From assembly GCA_041546305.1 (NCBI GenBank), contig JBFEWO010000001.1, positions 1 to 60,561 on the forward strand: a stretch of 60,561 nucleotides of DNA, given 5' to 3'. Shown here piece after piece: positions 46,159 to 56,065 of this stretch (the stretch's first letter is position 1; each line of letters opens with the position of its first letter). The DNA comes from Thiohalomonadaceae bacterium. GTDB lineage: Bacteria; Pseudomonadota; Gammaproteobacteria; Thiohalomonadales; Thiohalomonadaceae. The translations under genes were made by a program, and so were the position numbers. Below the pieces are notes generated by a model. It worked only from the letters and a program-made list of their open reading frames with translations, had not been told where the DNA came from and made no database searches.

Positions 46159-46782
46159 TCAGAAAGGCGGTTCGTCATGAAAGCCCATCTTCTCACCGCT
46201 TGCCGGATGGGTAAAAGCCAACGTCGTAGCATGCAGCAGAAGCCGATCCGCCATCGCCTGGGCCTTGGCATCGGCATAGAGCCGATCACCGAGGATTGGG
46301 TGGCCGAGTTCCATCAGGTGGACACGAAGCTGGTGAGAACGGCCGGTCACCGGAATAAGGTGCAAGCGACTACGTTCCCCTTCATCGGACAGCCTTTCCC
46401 ATCGAGTAAAGGAGGGTTTACCCAATTCCCGGTCCACCATCTGGCGCGGGCGATTGGGCCAGTCACAACGCAGGGGCAGGTCAATCTCGCCACGCTCCGC
46501 TGCCGGCACCCCCGAAACCACCGCCGTGTAGCTCTTTTCCACCTCTCGCTCCTGGAACTGGCGGCTCAGCTCACGATGCGCTGTTTTGTGCCGCGCCAGC
46601 AACATCAATCCGGAGGTTTCCCAGTCCAACCGGTGTACCTCGCGAATCCCAGGAAAATCCTGCGCCAGACGGCTGACCACACAATCCTGTTTGTCACTCC
46701 CCCTCCCCGGCACGGAAAGGAGCAGCGTCGGCTTGCTGACGACAACCAGATGCTCATCCAGGAAACAGGTTTTTAGCGACAT
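46159..46782 (-). CDS. RluA-family pseudouridine synthase
   Basis: LVVVSKP.....VPG...., and the catalytic motif HRLD.ETSGL.L.A. Later come Y.A.V.G and GRSHQLRVH. Confidence 0.85.
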   Translation of the reverse strand: MSLKTCFLDEHLVVVSKPTLLLSVPGRGSDKQDCVVSRLAQDFPGIREVHRLDWETSGLMLLARHKTAHRELSRQFQEREVEKSYTAVVSGVPAAERGEIDLPLRCDWPNRPRQMVDRELGKPSFTRWERLSDEGERSRLHLIPVTGRSHQLRVHLMELGHPILGDRLYADAKAQAMADRLLLHATTLAFTHPASGEKMGFHDEPPF

Positions 46783-47034
46783 ACCAGGAGAACCAGGTGA
46801 AGGGGAAACAGACGGTACATTATAAATGCATCCGATGTGGACAGAACCCAACTTCAAACTTTTTATTCTTTCCAATTTCATCGCCAGCCAAAATTCGCTA
46901 CAGTGCACTGCTGCTTTTCTGAGAAAAATAACCTGATCACGGGCAGGGCCACTGAGATAGTCGTCAGAGCCTTGTTAATACCGTCAAGGAAACCCATACA
47001 GCTTTTTCGCCCAGTTTCGCTGCAAGTGAGCCCG

Positions 47035-48207
47035 ATGGAATTTAAAGATTATTTGCGCATTCTCGCCGCCAAAGACGGATCCGACCTTTACCTGAGCACC
47101 GGGGCACCGCCCTGTGCCAAGTTCCATGGCGTGCTCCGCCCGCTGGACAAAGCACCCATGCAGCCGGGCAGAATCCTCGAAATCGCCAACAGCATCATGA
47201 GTGAGGACCAGCAGCAAGATTTTGTGCACGGACTGGAGATGAACATGGCGATCTCCGAGCCGGGTATCGGCCGCTTTCGCGTCAATATCTTCAAGCAGCG
47301 TAATGAAGTCTCCATGGTGGTGCGCAACATCAAGACCGAGATCCCCAACATCAAGGATCTGGACCTGCCGCCCATCCTCAGCGAGGTCATCATGGCCAAG
47401 CGCGGCCTGATCCTGTTCGTCGGCGGCACCGGTTCTGGCAAATCCACCTCGCTGGCGGCACTCATCGACCACCGCAACAGCACAGCGCCCAGCGGCGGGC
47501 ATATCATCACCATTGAGGATCCGATCGAGTTTATCCATCCGCACAAGCGCTGCATCGTCAATCAGCGTGAGGTTGGTGTCGATACCCTGACCTTCGAGGA
47601 GGCGCTGAAAAACACCTTGCGCCAAGCCCCCGATGTGATCCTCATTGGCGAGATCCGTGACCGCGAAACCATGGAGCATGCGCTGGCCTTTGCCGAAACA
47701 GGCCATCTGGCGATCTCCACCCTGCATGCCAACAACGCCAACCAAGCACTGGACCGCATCATCAACTTCTTCCCCGAAGAGCGACGGCCGCAGCTGTTGC
47801 AGGATCTTTCCTCCAATCTGCGGGCCTTCGTTTCACAACGCCTAATTCCCACTGTGGACAACAAGCGCAAGGCCGCTATCGAGGTACTGCTGGGCAGCCC
47901 CACGGTCCAGGAGTTGATCAAGCGTGGAGAGATGCATGGCATCAAGGAGGTGATGGAAAAATCCGAGGCGATCGGGATGCAAACCTTCGACGGCGCTCTG
48001 TTCAGACTCTACACCGCCGGCCACATCAGTCTGGAAGAGGCGTTGAAAAATGCCGACTCACCCAACAACCTGCGTCTGCGTATCAGCCTCTCCGAGAAGG
48101 GCGGCGATCAGAAGCCGGCCGACAGCGGCGGACTCAATCTCAGCCTCGAGGCTATCGAAGAGGAAGAAGAGGACGAGACGCCACCAACAGGGCCGGCACA
48201 GTTTTGA
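47035..48207 (+). CDS. pilU: PilT/PilU-family type IV pilus retraction ATPase (PilU-like) with an acidic C-terminal tail
   Basis: The start is MEFKDYLRILAAKDGSDLYLS. The Walker A motif is GGTGSGKST. Other motifs: ITIEDPIEF, IGEIRD.ET, and His box TGHL..STLHAN. The tail ends EAIEEEEEDE. Confidence 0.8.
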   Translation: MEFKDYLRILAAKDGSDLYLSTGAPPCAKFHGVLRPLDKAPMQPGRILEIANSIMSEDQQQDFVHGLEMNMAISEPGIGRFRVNIFKQRNEVSMVVRNIKTEIPNIKDLDLPPILSEVIMAKRGLILFVGGTGSGKSTSLAALIDHRNSTAPSGGHIITIEDPIEFIHPHKRCIVNQREVGVDTLTFEEALKNTLRQAPDVILIGEIRDRETMEHALAFAETGHLAISTLHANNANQALDRIINFFPEERRPQLLQDLSSNLRAFVSQRLIPTVDNKRKAAIEVLLGSPTVQELIKRGEMHGIKEVMEKSEAIGMQTFDGALFRLYTAGHISLEEALKNADSPNNLRLRISLSEKGGDQKPADSGGLNLSLEAIEEEEEDETPPTGPAQF

Positions 48208-48302
48208 TGGGATTCTCCGGCCGATGTTTATCCTGCCCCTTTCCCCCTCCGGGTGAATAGCTATAATGGGACACACAACATCGGCAAGGAAGGAATCGCC
48301 TC

Positions 48303-48695
48303 ATGAATGACGAACTCAAAACACATGTACGCAGCACGGCCACCTGGAAACGCGGTCTGCTCATCTTACTCTTCGCCATCATTTACAGCATCTCTGAGGT
48401 GGTGCTTGCGGCCATCGTCCTGTTCCAATTTGGCAGCCAGCTCTTTACCGGCAGGATCAATGACAAACTCTATCGGTTCAGCTGCGGGTTGACCGCCTAC
48501 TTCTACCAGCTGGTGCAGTTCTTTACCTACCGTTCAGATCTGAAACCCTACCCTTTCAGTGAGTGGCCCAGCGAGGGACTGGAGAGCGTGCAGGAGCAGG
48601 AGAAAGAACTGCAAAAGGCGCTCAAGCAACAAGCCGAACAGACCGCCCCCCCCGAGCCAAATACTGGTGAGGACGCCTCGGCACCGAAAGAGTAG
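48303..48695 (+). CDS. DUF4389-like small membrane protein
   Basis: WKRGLLILLFAIIYSISEVVLAAIVLFQFGSQLFTG..N..L..F...L..Y.YQ...F.TY.S...PYPFSEWP. Confidence 0.55.
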   Translation: MNDELKTHVRSTATWKRGLLILLFAIIYSISEVVLAAIVLFQFGSQLFTGRINDKLYRFSCGLTAYFYQLVQFFTYRSDLKPYPFSEWPSEGLESVQEQEKELQKALKQQAEQTAPPEPNTGEDASAPKE

Positions 48696-48778
48696 CCTGT
48701 CACGGACAGCAACCTGCTTGGCGTCAGCGGTTCTTCCGAACAGCCTGTCACCTTAAACGATCCGCCCTTTGGCACAGT

Positions 48779-49462
48779 TTGATGGAAACAGTAACGGCCC
48801 GCCTGCTGCTTATCGTGGTGCTCTGGGGCCTCTATTGCCTGCTCCACTCGCTACTGGCCTCTCTGCCCGCCAAGCACTGGATTTGCTCCCGGTATCCCTC
48901 ACTGATGCCCTACTATCGCCTGGGCTTCAACACCATCGCAACGATGTTACTCCTGCCGCCCCTGTACTTCACCTGGCTCTGGCGCGGGCCGTATCTCTGG
49001 CAATGGAGCGGTCCGTTCTTCTGGCTGGCCAATAGCCTGGCATTACTCGCCGTGGCCGGTTTTTTCTGGACGCTACGCTATTACTCAGGGGCCGAATTTC
49101 TTGGCCTGAGCCAAGCGCGCAGGCGTGACACCTCGGTCACCGATCAGGAGCATTTCCACCTCTCGCCGCTGCATCGCTATGTACGTCATCCCTGGTATGG
49201 ACTCGGTCTGGTGATTCTCTGGACCCGCGATATGGATGTCATGTTTCTGACTACAGCTATCGTACTGACGGTCTACCTGTTTATCGGTGCCCGGTTGGAA
49301 GAGCGCAAACTGATGAGTTATCACGGGGAGGTTTACCGGCAATACCGACAAAAGGTCCCGGGCTTTTTTCCTTTGCCCTGGCGTCACTTGGGCAAATCGC
49401 AGGAAAAGGCCTTGCTGGAGATGGCAAAGCAACAACGACCGAAGGAGCATGGTCGCTGTTGA
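48779..49462 (+). CDS. ICMT/PEMT-like membrane methyltransferase family protein
   Basis: It is a multi-pass membrane protein with the C-terminal motif YVRHPWYGLGL.......EE..L...HG..Y..Y...VP. Confidence 0.65.
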   Translation: MMETVTARLLLIVVLWGLYCLLHSLLASLPAKHWICSRYPSLMPYYRLGFNTIATMLLLPPLYFTWLWRGPYLWQWSGPFFWLANSLALLAVAGFFWTLRYYSGAEFLGLSQARRRDTSVTDQEHFHLSPLHRYVRHPWYGLGLVILWTRDMDVMFLTTAIVLTVYLFIGARLEERKLMSYHGEVYRQYRQKVPGFFPLPWRHLGKSQEKALLEMAKQQRPKEHGRC

Positions 49463-49465
49463 ATC

Positions 49466-49954
49466 TTACGCCGGCTTTCTTGAGAAGAGTAAATAGAGGC
49501 TGGCGATGAAATAAATAGAGAACACCAGCAGCATCCATTCAGGTATGCTCAGGCCAAGAAGGCTCCACTTTACCTCGGCACACTCGCCCGAACCCTTGAA
49601 CACCATCTCCAGCGCTCGGTGAAGGGGAAAGACCTCCAGCATATAATCCAGGCCGGGACCACAGTCGGGCACCCGATCCGGCGGCAGGTGTTGCAGCCAG
49701 ACATTGCGTCCGGCAGTGACCAGCCCGAACAGGGATGCCGACAGGGTCAGGCCCGCATAGATGCGACGCCCCCAGCCAGATGGATTGTGCAGGGCAGCTA
49801 TCAGCAAAACCACACCGACTCCCATCACCGCGACCCGTTGCAGGATGCACAATGGGCAAGGCTCAAGTCCCATGACATGCTGCATGTAGAGGGCAATACC
49901 CAGCAATATGACGCAGCCAAGAAAACCGGCAAAAAATATCGTCCGGTGCGACAT
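49466..49954 (-). CDS. dsbB: Disulfide bond formation protein B
   Basis: There are four transmembrane helices. The first periplasmic loop has LEPCPLCILQR and the second loop has a Cys pair (PDCGPG...GECAEV). Confidence 0.85.
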   Translation of the reverse strand: MSHRTIFFAGFLGCVILLGIALYMQHVMGLEPCPLCILQRVAVMGVGVVLLIAALHNPSGWGRRIYAGLTLSASLFGLVTAGRNVWLQHLPPDRVPDCGPGLDYMLEVFPLHRALEMVFKGSGECAEVKWSLLGLSIPEWMLLVFSIYFIASLYLLFSRKPA

Positions 49955-49994
49955 CAGGATCCTCCTGTGAGCAGTTCTTTAACCAGCTAGAGCA

Positions 49995-50531
49995 TTACCA
50001 CATCAGGTCATCGGGGATCTTGTAATCGGCATAGGGGTCGTCATCATCGCTGTGTTGTTCCGGTTCATTGCAGAGGACTACATAGCTCTCATCACGCTGG
50101 CGAATCTTCTCCGCCACCGCGTTGGGCACCAGCTCATATTCCTCATCGAGTCTGACAATGGCCAGGCGCCCAAGGCCTAACTGACGCTGAACCTGTTCGG
50201 TGACATAGAGGCGCTTGACCTTGTTGCCATCGCTGAAGTTATAGGCAATCTCCCCTTCCTCCCCGGGCAGGCGGTTAACTTCTATCAACTGCCTCACCTG
50301 GGCCGCCAGCGCCTTGCGTTCGGCCTCCTCCTTGCGCTGGCGGTTGAGCTCCCGATCCCGCTCGGCCTTTTGTGCCACCGCCTGTTGAGCCAGACGCGCT
50401 GCCTCATCCACAACCACAGCCTTCTTGTCCTGTTGCTTGGCCTGTTTGTGCTTCTCTTTTTTCGCCTGCTTGACCTTCTTTTCATCAACCAAGCCCATTT
50501 TCAATAGTTGTTGCTGCAGCGAGTTGCTCAA
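49995..50531 (-). CDS. DUF2058-family protein
   Basis: The probable start is the TTG at 50531, with GGAGAG 6 nt upstream. The sequence runs SNSLQQQLLKMGLVDEKKVKQAKKEKHKQ, then a Lys/Glu-rich coil, then YNFSDGNKVKRLYV. Confidence 0.65.
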   Translation of the reverse strand: MSNSLQQQLLKMGLVDEKKVKQAKKEKHKQAKQQDKKAVVVDEAARLAQQAVAQKAERDRELNRQRKEEAERKALAAQVRQLIEVNRLPGEEGEIAYNFSDGNKVKRLYVTEQVQRQLGLGRLAIVRLDEEYELVPNAVAEKIRQRDESYVVLCNEPEQHSDDDDPYADYKIPDDLMW

Positions 50532-50697
50532 GGGAGGCTCTCCTGACGGTTTGTTCGCTTGACTGTGGCCACTATACCCCACCCACCAGGACCGGTGAAT
50601 CGTACTGGTCGCGATTTTCCAAATCTCGCAACGCCCCTGCCCCACAAAGAAAGGGGGCGTCGAGCGCCCCCTGCCTCTCCACTTAATGGGGTGGTCA

Positions 50698-50994
50698 TCA
50701 GCGTGGCATATAGGTTATGCAGAGCACCTTACCACCCTCCTGGCTGACTGAAATGCTCTCGGCAGAACACTCCAAATCGGCATTGTGAGTACATCCACCT
50801 ACCTTGCATGCACCAACCCCAGCCTTGATCTGCCTGTTCCTGACGTGACTCCCGGCACTCATGAAGGTATCGCAGCCCGGGGAGACGCCATCGCCGATGG
50901 TGATCGCCTTGGCGTGACAGGCAGCATTGAGGTTGTAGGCACACCCCTCGACATCGCAGCGCTGAATCAGGGGCATTTCGATAAGGATTTCCAT
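50698..50994 (-). CDS. DUF1540-like cysteine-rich protein
   Basis: A duplicated motif reads C.V.GC.YN....C.A..I.I and C.V.GC.HN....C.A..I.V. Confidence 0.6.
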   Translation of the reverse strand: MEILIEMPLIQRCDVEGCAYNLNAACHAKAITIGDGVSPGCDTFMSAGSHVRNRQIKAGVGACKVGGCTHNADLECSAESISVSQEGGKVLCITYMPR

Positions 50995-51147
50995 AGTTAC
51001 CTCCTGCTGGTACTAGACCGTCGGACTGACAGCACAGGAAAACTAGGTGAGTAGGCCTGATATGCAAATCATTAATTCCCCGAAGGGGTCGGGAACACCC
51101 CCATGTTCTACACTTGGGTACACCAGCGCATTCAAGGGAGACCCAAA

Positions 51148-52329
51148 ATGGACGGCCACCAGGAGCACTCGCCGGCTAATCGGGCCAATGTCATCCTGCT
51201 CGGCCTGGTCAGTTTCATCAACGACACCTCAAGCAAGATCATCGTACCTATCCTGCCGCTGTTCATCGCCCAGCTCGGTGGCGGCGGTTTTGCTGTGGGC
51301 CTTACCGCTGGGTTAAGTGACAGCGCGGCCAGTCTCGCCAAACTCCTTGCCGGTTACTGGTCGGACCGTCTTGGTCGTCGCAAACCCTTTGTGCTCGTCG
51401 GTTACGCGCTCTCTGCGCTGGCAAAGCTGTTGCTCGCGGTAGCTGTCACCTGGCAGCACGTCCTGGCTCTGAGAGTGATGGAGCGACTCGGCAAGGGCGT
51501 CCGCTCGGCACCGCGCGATGCCATCCTCGCCGCCTCGACGCAAAAACGGAGCCGCGGTCGCGGCTTTGGCCTGCATCGAGCCATGGACAGCGGCGGCGCC
51601 CTGCTCGGCACCCTGCTGGTGCTGGCGCTCTATTGGGAATTCAACCTCGGTTTTATGGAGATTTTTCTTTTTGCCGGCCTGCTCGGCTTTGCCAGCCTGC
51701 TGCCCCTCTGGCTGGTGAAGGAAAAGCGTGATGACAAGAAACCCACGCCGCCACGATTGCAGCTGGCGGCACTGCCGCCGACCCTGCGCCGGTTCATGCT
51801 GATCGCATTTACCTATGCGTTAGGCAACTTCAGCTACATGTTCTTTGTGCTTCGCGCCGAGAGCTTGTTCGAAGAACGGTTGGCAGTGGCCATCCCCTTG
51901 CTGCTCTATGCACTCTACCAACTGAGCTTCACTCTGTTTGCCATCCCCGCCGGCATCCTTTCCGATCGCGTCGGCCGCCGCCCGGTCCTGCTTGCCGGTT
52001 ATGGCCTTTTCACCCTGCTCTGTATCGGCTTTATGTTTGCGGCGGCATTACCGTCGCTGCTACTGCTGTTTCTCCTCTACGGCGTCAACTACGCTTTGGT
52101 GGAGGCTACCGAGAGAACCCTGGTATCCGATCTGGCAGCGGAGGGTGAGCGGGGCACGGCGCTAGGTGCCTACCACATGATGACCAGCCTTGCTGCGTTG
52201 CCGGCGGGACTGCTTGCCGGATTGTTGTGGGAGCTCGATCCCGACTACACCTTTGTCGCTGGCGCCCTGCTCTCGGCCCTGGCAATGGGAATGCTCGCCA
52301 TGTTACTCGATAGCAATCGGCCTGAATGA
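51148..52329 (+). CDS. MFS transporter
   Basis: ATG at 51148 follows AAGGGAG. There are 12 predicted transmembrane helices. The loop 2-3 motif is GYWSDRLGRRKP and the repeat motif is GILSDRVGRRP. Confidence 0.85.
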   Translation: MDGHQEHSPANRANVILLGLVSFINDTSSKIIVPILPLFIAQLGGGGFAVGLTAGLSDSAASLAKLLAGYWSDRLGRRKPFVLVGYALSALAKLLLAVAVTWQHVLALRVMERLGKGVRSAPRDAILAASTQKRSRGRGFGLHRAMDSGGALLGTLLVLALYWEFNLGFMEIFLFAGLLGFASLLPLWLVKEKRDDKKPTPPRLQLAALPPTLRRFMLIAFTYALGNFSYMFFVLRAESLFEERLAVAIPLLLYALYQLSFTLFAIPAGILSDRVGRRPVLLAGYGLFTLLCIGFMFAAALPSLLLLFLLYGVNYALVEATERTLVSDLAAEGERGTALGAYHMMTSLAALPAGLLAGLLWELDPDYTFVAGALLSALAMGMLAMLLDSNRPE

Positions 52330-52390
52330 GGTATCTGGACCGGAAAGGGAGGCTTTGCCTCATCATGCGCTGCACCAGGAGGTTGGCAAT

Positions 52391-52954
52391 ATGAATTGGC
52401 TGATTCTTGGCCTCGTCCTGCTCATCGGTGTCCATTTGGTCCCCGCGGCGGTGCCTCTTCGGCGCTGGCTGGTAACATGTCTGGGTGAACCGGCCTATCG
52501 CGGCTTGTTTGCCATCTTCGCTCTCACCGGACTGGTGCTTATCGTCCTGGGGATGAGCCGGGCACCGCTTATTCCCGTTTGGGAACCACCCACTTGGGGA
52601 GCGGGAGTGGCACCATTGTTTATGCTTCCGGCGATGATTTTACTGGCCGGTGCCTACCTCCCCGGCAACCTCCATCGGCTTACCCCCCACCCCATGTCAT
52701 GGGGCGTGGTGCTCTGGGCTGCCGGCCACCTGCTTGCCAACGGTGATGCAGCCGCAATGCTGCTGTTTGGTTCACTCGGTCTCTACAGCCTTTTCGCCAT
52801 TTGGTCAGCGAACCGGCGCGGTGCGGTCAAGGCCACCAGGAGCATGACCATAGACCGGGATCTCATTGTAATCGGTATTGGCCTACTGCTCTATCTGGCC
52901 CTGGTCTTTCTCCACCTCACACTGTTCGGCGTGCCGGCCATCAGTGGACTCTGA
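52391..52954 (+). CDS. NnrU-family membrane protein
   Basis: ATG at 52391 follows AGGAGG. The sequence runs MNWLILGLVLLIGVHLVPA...R......G...Y.G.F....L....L, with the block HPM.WGV.LWA.GHLL.NGD. Confidence 0.7.
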   Translation: MNWLILGLVLLIGVHLVPAAVPLRRWLVTCLGEPAYRGLFAIFALTGLVLIVLGMSRAPLIPVWEPPTWGAGVAPLFMLPAMILLAGAYLPGNLHRLTPHPMSWGVVLWAAGHLLANGDAAAMLLFGSLGLYSLFAIWSANRRGAVKATRSMTIDRDLIVIGIGLLLYLALVFLHLTLFGVPAISGL

Positions 52955-52957
52955 ACC

Positions 52958-54769
52958 ATGACAGCCCGACTGGACAATCCGGTCTCACGTTCGATCTGGG
53001 AGTCGAAATACCAGTTTCGGTCTGGCGATAAGATCATCGACCGTGACATCGGTGACACCTGGCGCCGTGTTGCCCGCGCCCTGGCGGCAGAAGAACCCAA
53101 AGACGCCCCTCTCTGGGAGGAGCGTTTTCTCTCCATCCTTGAGAATTTTCGCTTCCTGCCGGGAGGAAGGATCCTTGCCGGGGCCGGGACCGGCCGCGAC
53201 GTCACTCTGTTCAACTGCTTTGTCATGGGGCTTCCCGGCGACTCGATGAGTGGCATCTTCGATGCTCTGAAAGAGGGAGCCCTTACCATGCAACAAGGGG
53301 GAGGTGTCGGCTATGACTTCTCCACCCTGCGTCCGGCCGGTGCGCCAGCACGCCGGGTCGGCAGCATCGCCTCAGGCCCGGTCTCTTTTATGCGGGTGTG
53401 GGATAGCATGTGCGCCACGGTGCTCTCCACCGGCGCCCGCCGTGGCGCGATGATGGCGACCCTGCGTTGTGATCACCCGGATATCGAAGCCTTTATCGAT
53501 GCCAAGGCCAACCCCCGTGAACTGCGCCACTTCAACCTTTCCGTGCAGGTGTGCGATGCCTTCATGGAAGCCGTTGAGAAGGATGAGTCGTGGCCGTTGC
53601 TGTTTCCTGACGAAGAGGAGGAAGGCGGAGAGATCCTGCTCCGACATTGGCCAGGATACGAAGGGGTGACAGCGTGTCGGGTCTACCGGACCGTGTCAGC
53701 ACGAGCACTCTGGCAACGTATCATGCGCGCCACCTACGACTACGCAGAGCCCGGCGTGCTCTTCGTCGATCGCGCCAACCAGCAGAATAATCTCTGGTAT
53801 CGCGAGCGGATCACCACCACCAATCCCTGTGGTGAGATTCCCCTCCCCCCCTATGGGGCCTGCGACCTCGGCTCGATCAACCTGACCCGTTTCGTGCAGG
53901 CTCCATTCAGCACCCGGGCTGCACTCGATCGGGAGGCACTACAGCAAACGGTGTGCATCGCGGTGCGACTGATGGACAACGTTATCGACGTTTCGCGATT
54001 TCCCTTGCCGGCACAGGCAGAAACTGCCCATGGTACCCGACGCATCGGCCTGGGTCTGACCGGTCTGGCCGATACCCTAATCATGCTGGACCTGCACTAT
54101 GCCAGTGAGGCCGGACGCCAGCTCGCTGCTGATCTGATGGCAGACATCTGCCACACTGCCTATCGGACCTCCATTGAGCTGGCCCGGGAAAAGGGCAGCT
54201 TTCCCTATTTCGACCCGGTGCCCTATCTGAAGAGCAAATTTATCCAAAAGCTACCGGAAGATATCCGCGGCGGGATCGCCCGCTATGGCATCCGCAACAG
54301 CCACCTCACCGCTATCGCCCCTACCGGTACGATCAGCCTGCTGGCCGACAATATCTCCAGCGGCATTGAGCCGGTTTTCGCCGTCCACTTCAGCCGCCGG
54401 ATTACACAAGCCGACGGCTCCCTGAGTGTGCATGAGGTTAGCGATCACGCCTACCGACGCTGGCAGCGTTGCCACGGTTCGGCACCGTTACCCAAGAGTT
54501 TCGTCGAGGCACATACCCTGTCGCCCCACGAACATCTGTTGATGCAAGCAGCGCTGCAGCCCTTCATTGACAACGCCATCTCCAAAACGATCAATGTCCC
54601 TCCGGCCTACCCCTTTGAGAAATTCGAAGCGATTTACTGCGAGGCCTATGCCCTTGGCCTCAAGGGTTGTACCACCTTTCGCGAAAACCCGGTAAGCGGC
54701 GCGATCCTTGAGGTACCGAATATCGAATCCAGAGGAGGCTGCTGCAGCCTAGAACGAGAGGATGACTGA
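52958..54769 (+). CDS. nrdJ: Adenosylcobalamin-dependent (class II) ribonucleotide reductase, compact form
   Basis: Motifs: FLPGGRIL, LFNCFV, GGGVGYDFS.LRP, and the catalytic Cys/Glu loop TTNPCGEIPL.PYG.CDLGSINL. The C-terminal Cys pair is GGCCSLE. Confidence 0.9.
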   Translation: MTARLDNPVSRSIWESKYQFRSGDKIIDRDIGDTWRRVARALAAEEPKDAPLWEERFLSILENFRFLPGGRILAGAGTGRDVTLFNCFVMGLPGDSMSGIFDALKEGALTMQQGGGVGYDFSTLRPAGAPARRVGSIASGPVSFMRVWDSMCATVLSTGARRGAMMATLRCDHPDIEAFIDAKANPRELRHFNLSVQVCDAFMEAVEKDESWPLLFPDEEEEGGEILLRHWPGYEGVTACRVYRTVSARALWQRIMRATYDYAEPGVLFVDRANQQNNLWYRERITTTNPCGEIPLPPYGACDLGSINLTRFVQAPFSTRAALDREALQQTVCIAVRLMDNVIDVSRFPLPAQAETAHGTRRIGLGLTGLADTLIMLDLHYASEAGRQLAADLMADICHTAYRTSIELAREKGSFPYFDPVPYLKSKFIQKLPEDIRGGIARYGIRNSHLTAIAPTGTISLLADNISSGIEPVFAVHFSRRITQADGSLSVHEVSDHAYRRWQRCHGSAPLPKSFVEAHTLSPHEHLLMQAALQPFIDNAISKTINVPPAYPFEKFEAIYCEAYALGLKGCTTFRENPVSGAILEVPNIESRGGCCSLEREDD

Positions 54770-55031
54770 AATCCCGTTTCACTTCCTTTGCCCGTATACT
54801 CAGTTCACACAGCAGCGGTGTCACGGATTCATCACCTGGTAAGACCCGTGGTGCAGCCATTGCAGAATTGGTGTCTGGGCCTCTGCGCTTGGTGAAGCCC
54901 TTCTCCACCATACATCCAAACACCCATTTGCAACTGGGTAGATCACCAATCATCAAAGCAGTTTATTTATGCTCACCACATTCTCAGGGCGACTGTGCTG
55001 GATCAAAATAAGAAAGGGAATTCTCCCGCCG

Positions 55032-55352
55032 TCAATATTCTTCAGCGAGCACATCATCTGTCCAGCTCATGGCGGCCATTACCCCAGGCAGCCCAATCGT
55101 GCTGGTGAGCAGGAGAAGGGTATGGTAAATCTCATCGGCACCCGCCCCGGTATCCCGGGCACGACGGGTATAACAGTGGACGGCGCCCTCTGAACGGATG
55201 GCCGCAGAAGCAGCAAACTGGACTAACCGAGCGGTTATCTCATCAATCTGCCCGGCTCCTTTTGCACTCGCGCCCAGCAACTCAAGCGAGGCGAAAAGTG
55301 CCGGGTATCGTTGTTTCTGTTCACGGTACTTCTCAGGGGGAATTGTGGCCAT
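55032..55352 (-). CDS. Carboxymuconolactone decarboxylase (AhpD-like) family protein
   Basis: It is about 106 aa from MATIPPEKY. The sequence is helical, with ...AIRSEGAVHCYTRRARDTGA..DEI......L....G. Confidence 0.6.
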   Translation of the reverse strand: MATIPPEKYREQKQRYPALFASLELLGASAKGAGQIDEITARLVQFAASAAIRSEGAVHCYTRRARDTGAGADEIYHTLLLLTSTIGLPGVMAAMSWTDDVLAEEY

Positions 55353-55570
55353 CACCGCCTCTGCGGCTACGGTGCAGGATTCTCTGGCATCGGCAGGAAA
55401 GAACGCTCCGGGAGGGCTCGTCAGCCCCTTTCTGGGTGAGCCCAGACTCCGATTCGGGTACAAAAGATACTCTCTCCAGTTAAGCCCGACTTCCGGGATC
55501 TACAAATGCACCCTGCTGCGCGGTTCCTCTCGGGAGAGCGACTGAGTATCTGAAGACTGAGATGACCCAG

Positions 55571-56065
55571 TTATTTCGTCGACGGAGAGATCAAAGACTC
55601 GATGAGGGGAAAAATCTCCTCGTCTGAGAATGGTTTGGCAAGGAAAGCGTTGGCCTTGATCTTGATGCTCCACAACTCTTCGGCGGGCTGGGCGTTACCG
55701 CTCATAATGATTACTGGAATGTTCGCGACCGCTGGATCAGCATCTTTACGAATCTCGCGGGTCGCCTGGAAACCGTTGAGGATGGGCATCACCACATCCA
55801 TTAGAATCAGGGCCGGCTTGTGTTGACGTGCCATCTCAATGGCGCTCTCCCCGTCATACGCTGAGAGGCAGTGATATCCCAGGGCATTCAGTTGGCGGGT
55901 CAGTAGCAGATGAATGGTTTTCGAGTCATCCACTAGCAATATTGTGGTGCCTGCCTTCGGTACGATTCGCTCCGGTGTGGCCACATCGGTCTTCTCTTCC
56001 CCGGCCTTCTTGGCACCCGGTTCGTTGTGACGTTGAAATATCCGGCCAAAATCAAAACGCGACAT
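55571..56065 (-). CDS. Single-domain CheY-like response regulator with an about 40 aa N-terminal extension
   Basis: ILLVDDSKT......L...GY......DG..A......KPALILMDVVMP..NG........R........P.I..SGN........K.....FL.KPF. Confidence 0.85.
   Translation of the reverse strand: MSRFDFGRIFQRHNEPGAKKAGEEKTDVATPERIVPKAGTTILLVDDSKTIHLLLTRQLNALGYHCLSAYDGESAIEMARQHKPALILMDVVMPILNGFQATREIRKDADPAVANIPVIIMSGNAQPAEELWSIKIKANAFLAKPFSDEEIFPLIESLISPSTK

Noticed and set aside
54660-54956. A 98 aa minus-strand ORF covering the nrdJ 3' end and part of the 260 bp spacer downstream of nrdJ.
   Set aside because: It overlaps the nrdJ coding region by about 110 nt. It has no RBS, no recognisable domain and odd composition. 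The spacer is more likely a 3' UTR or promoter region for the convergent and neighbouring genes.
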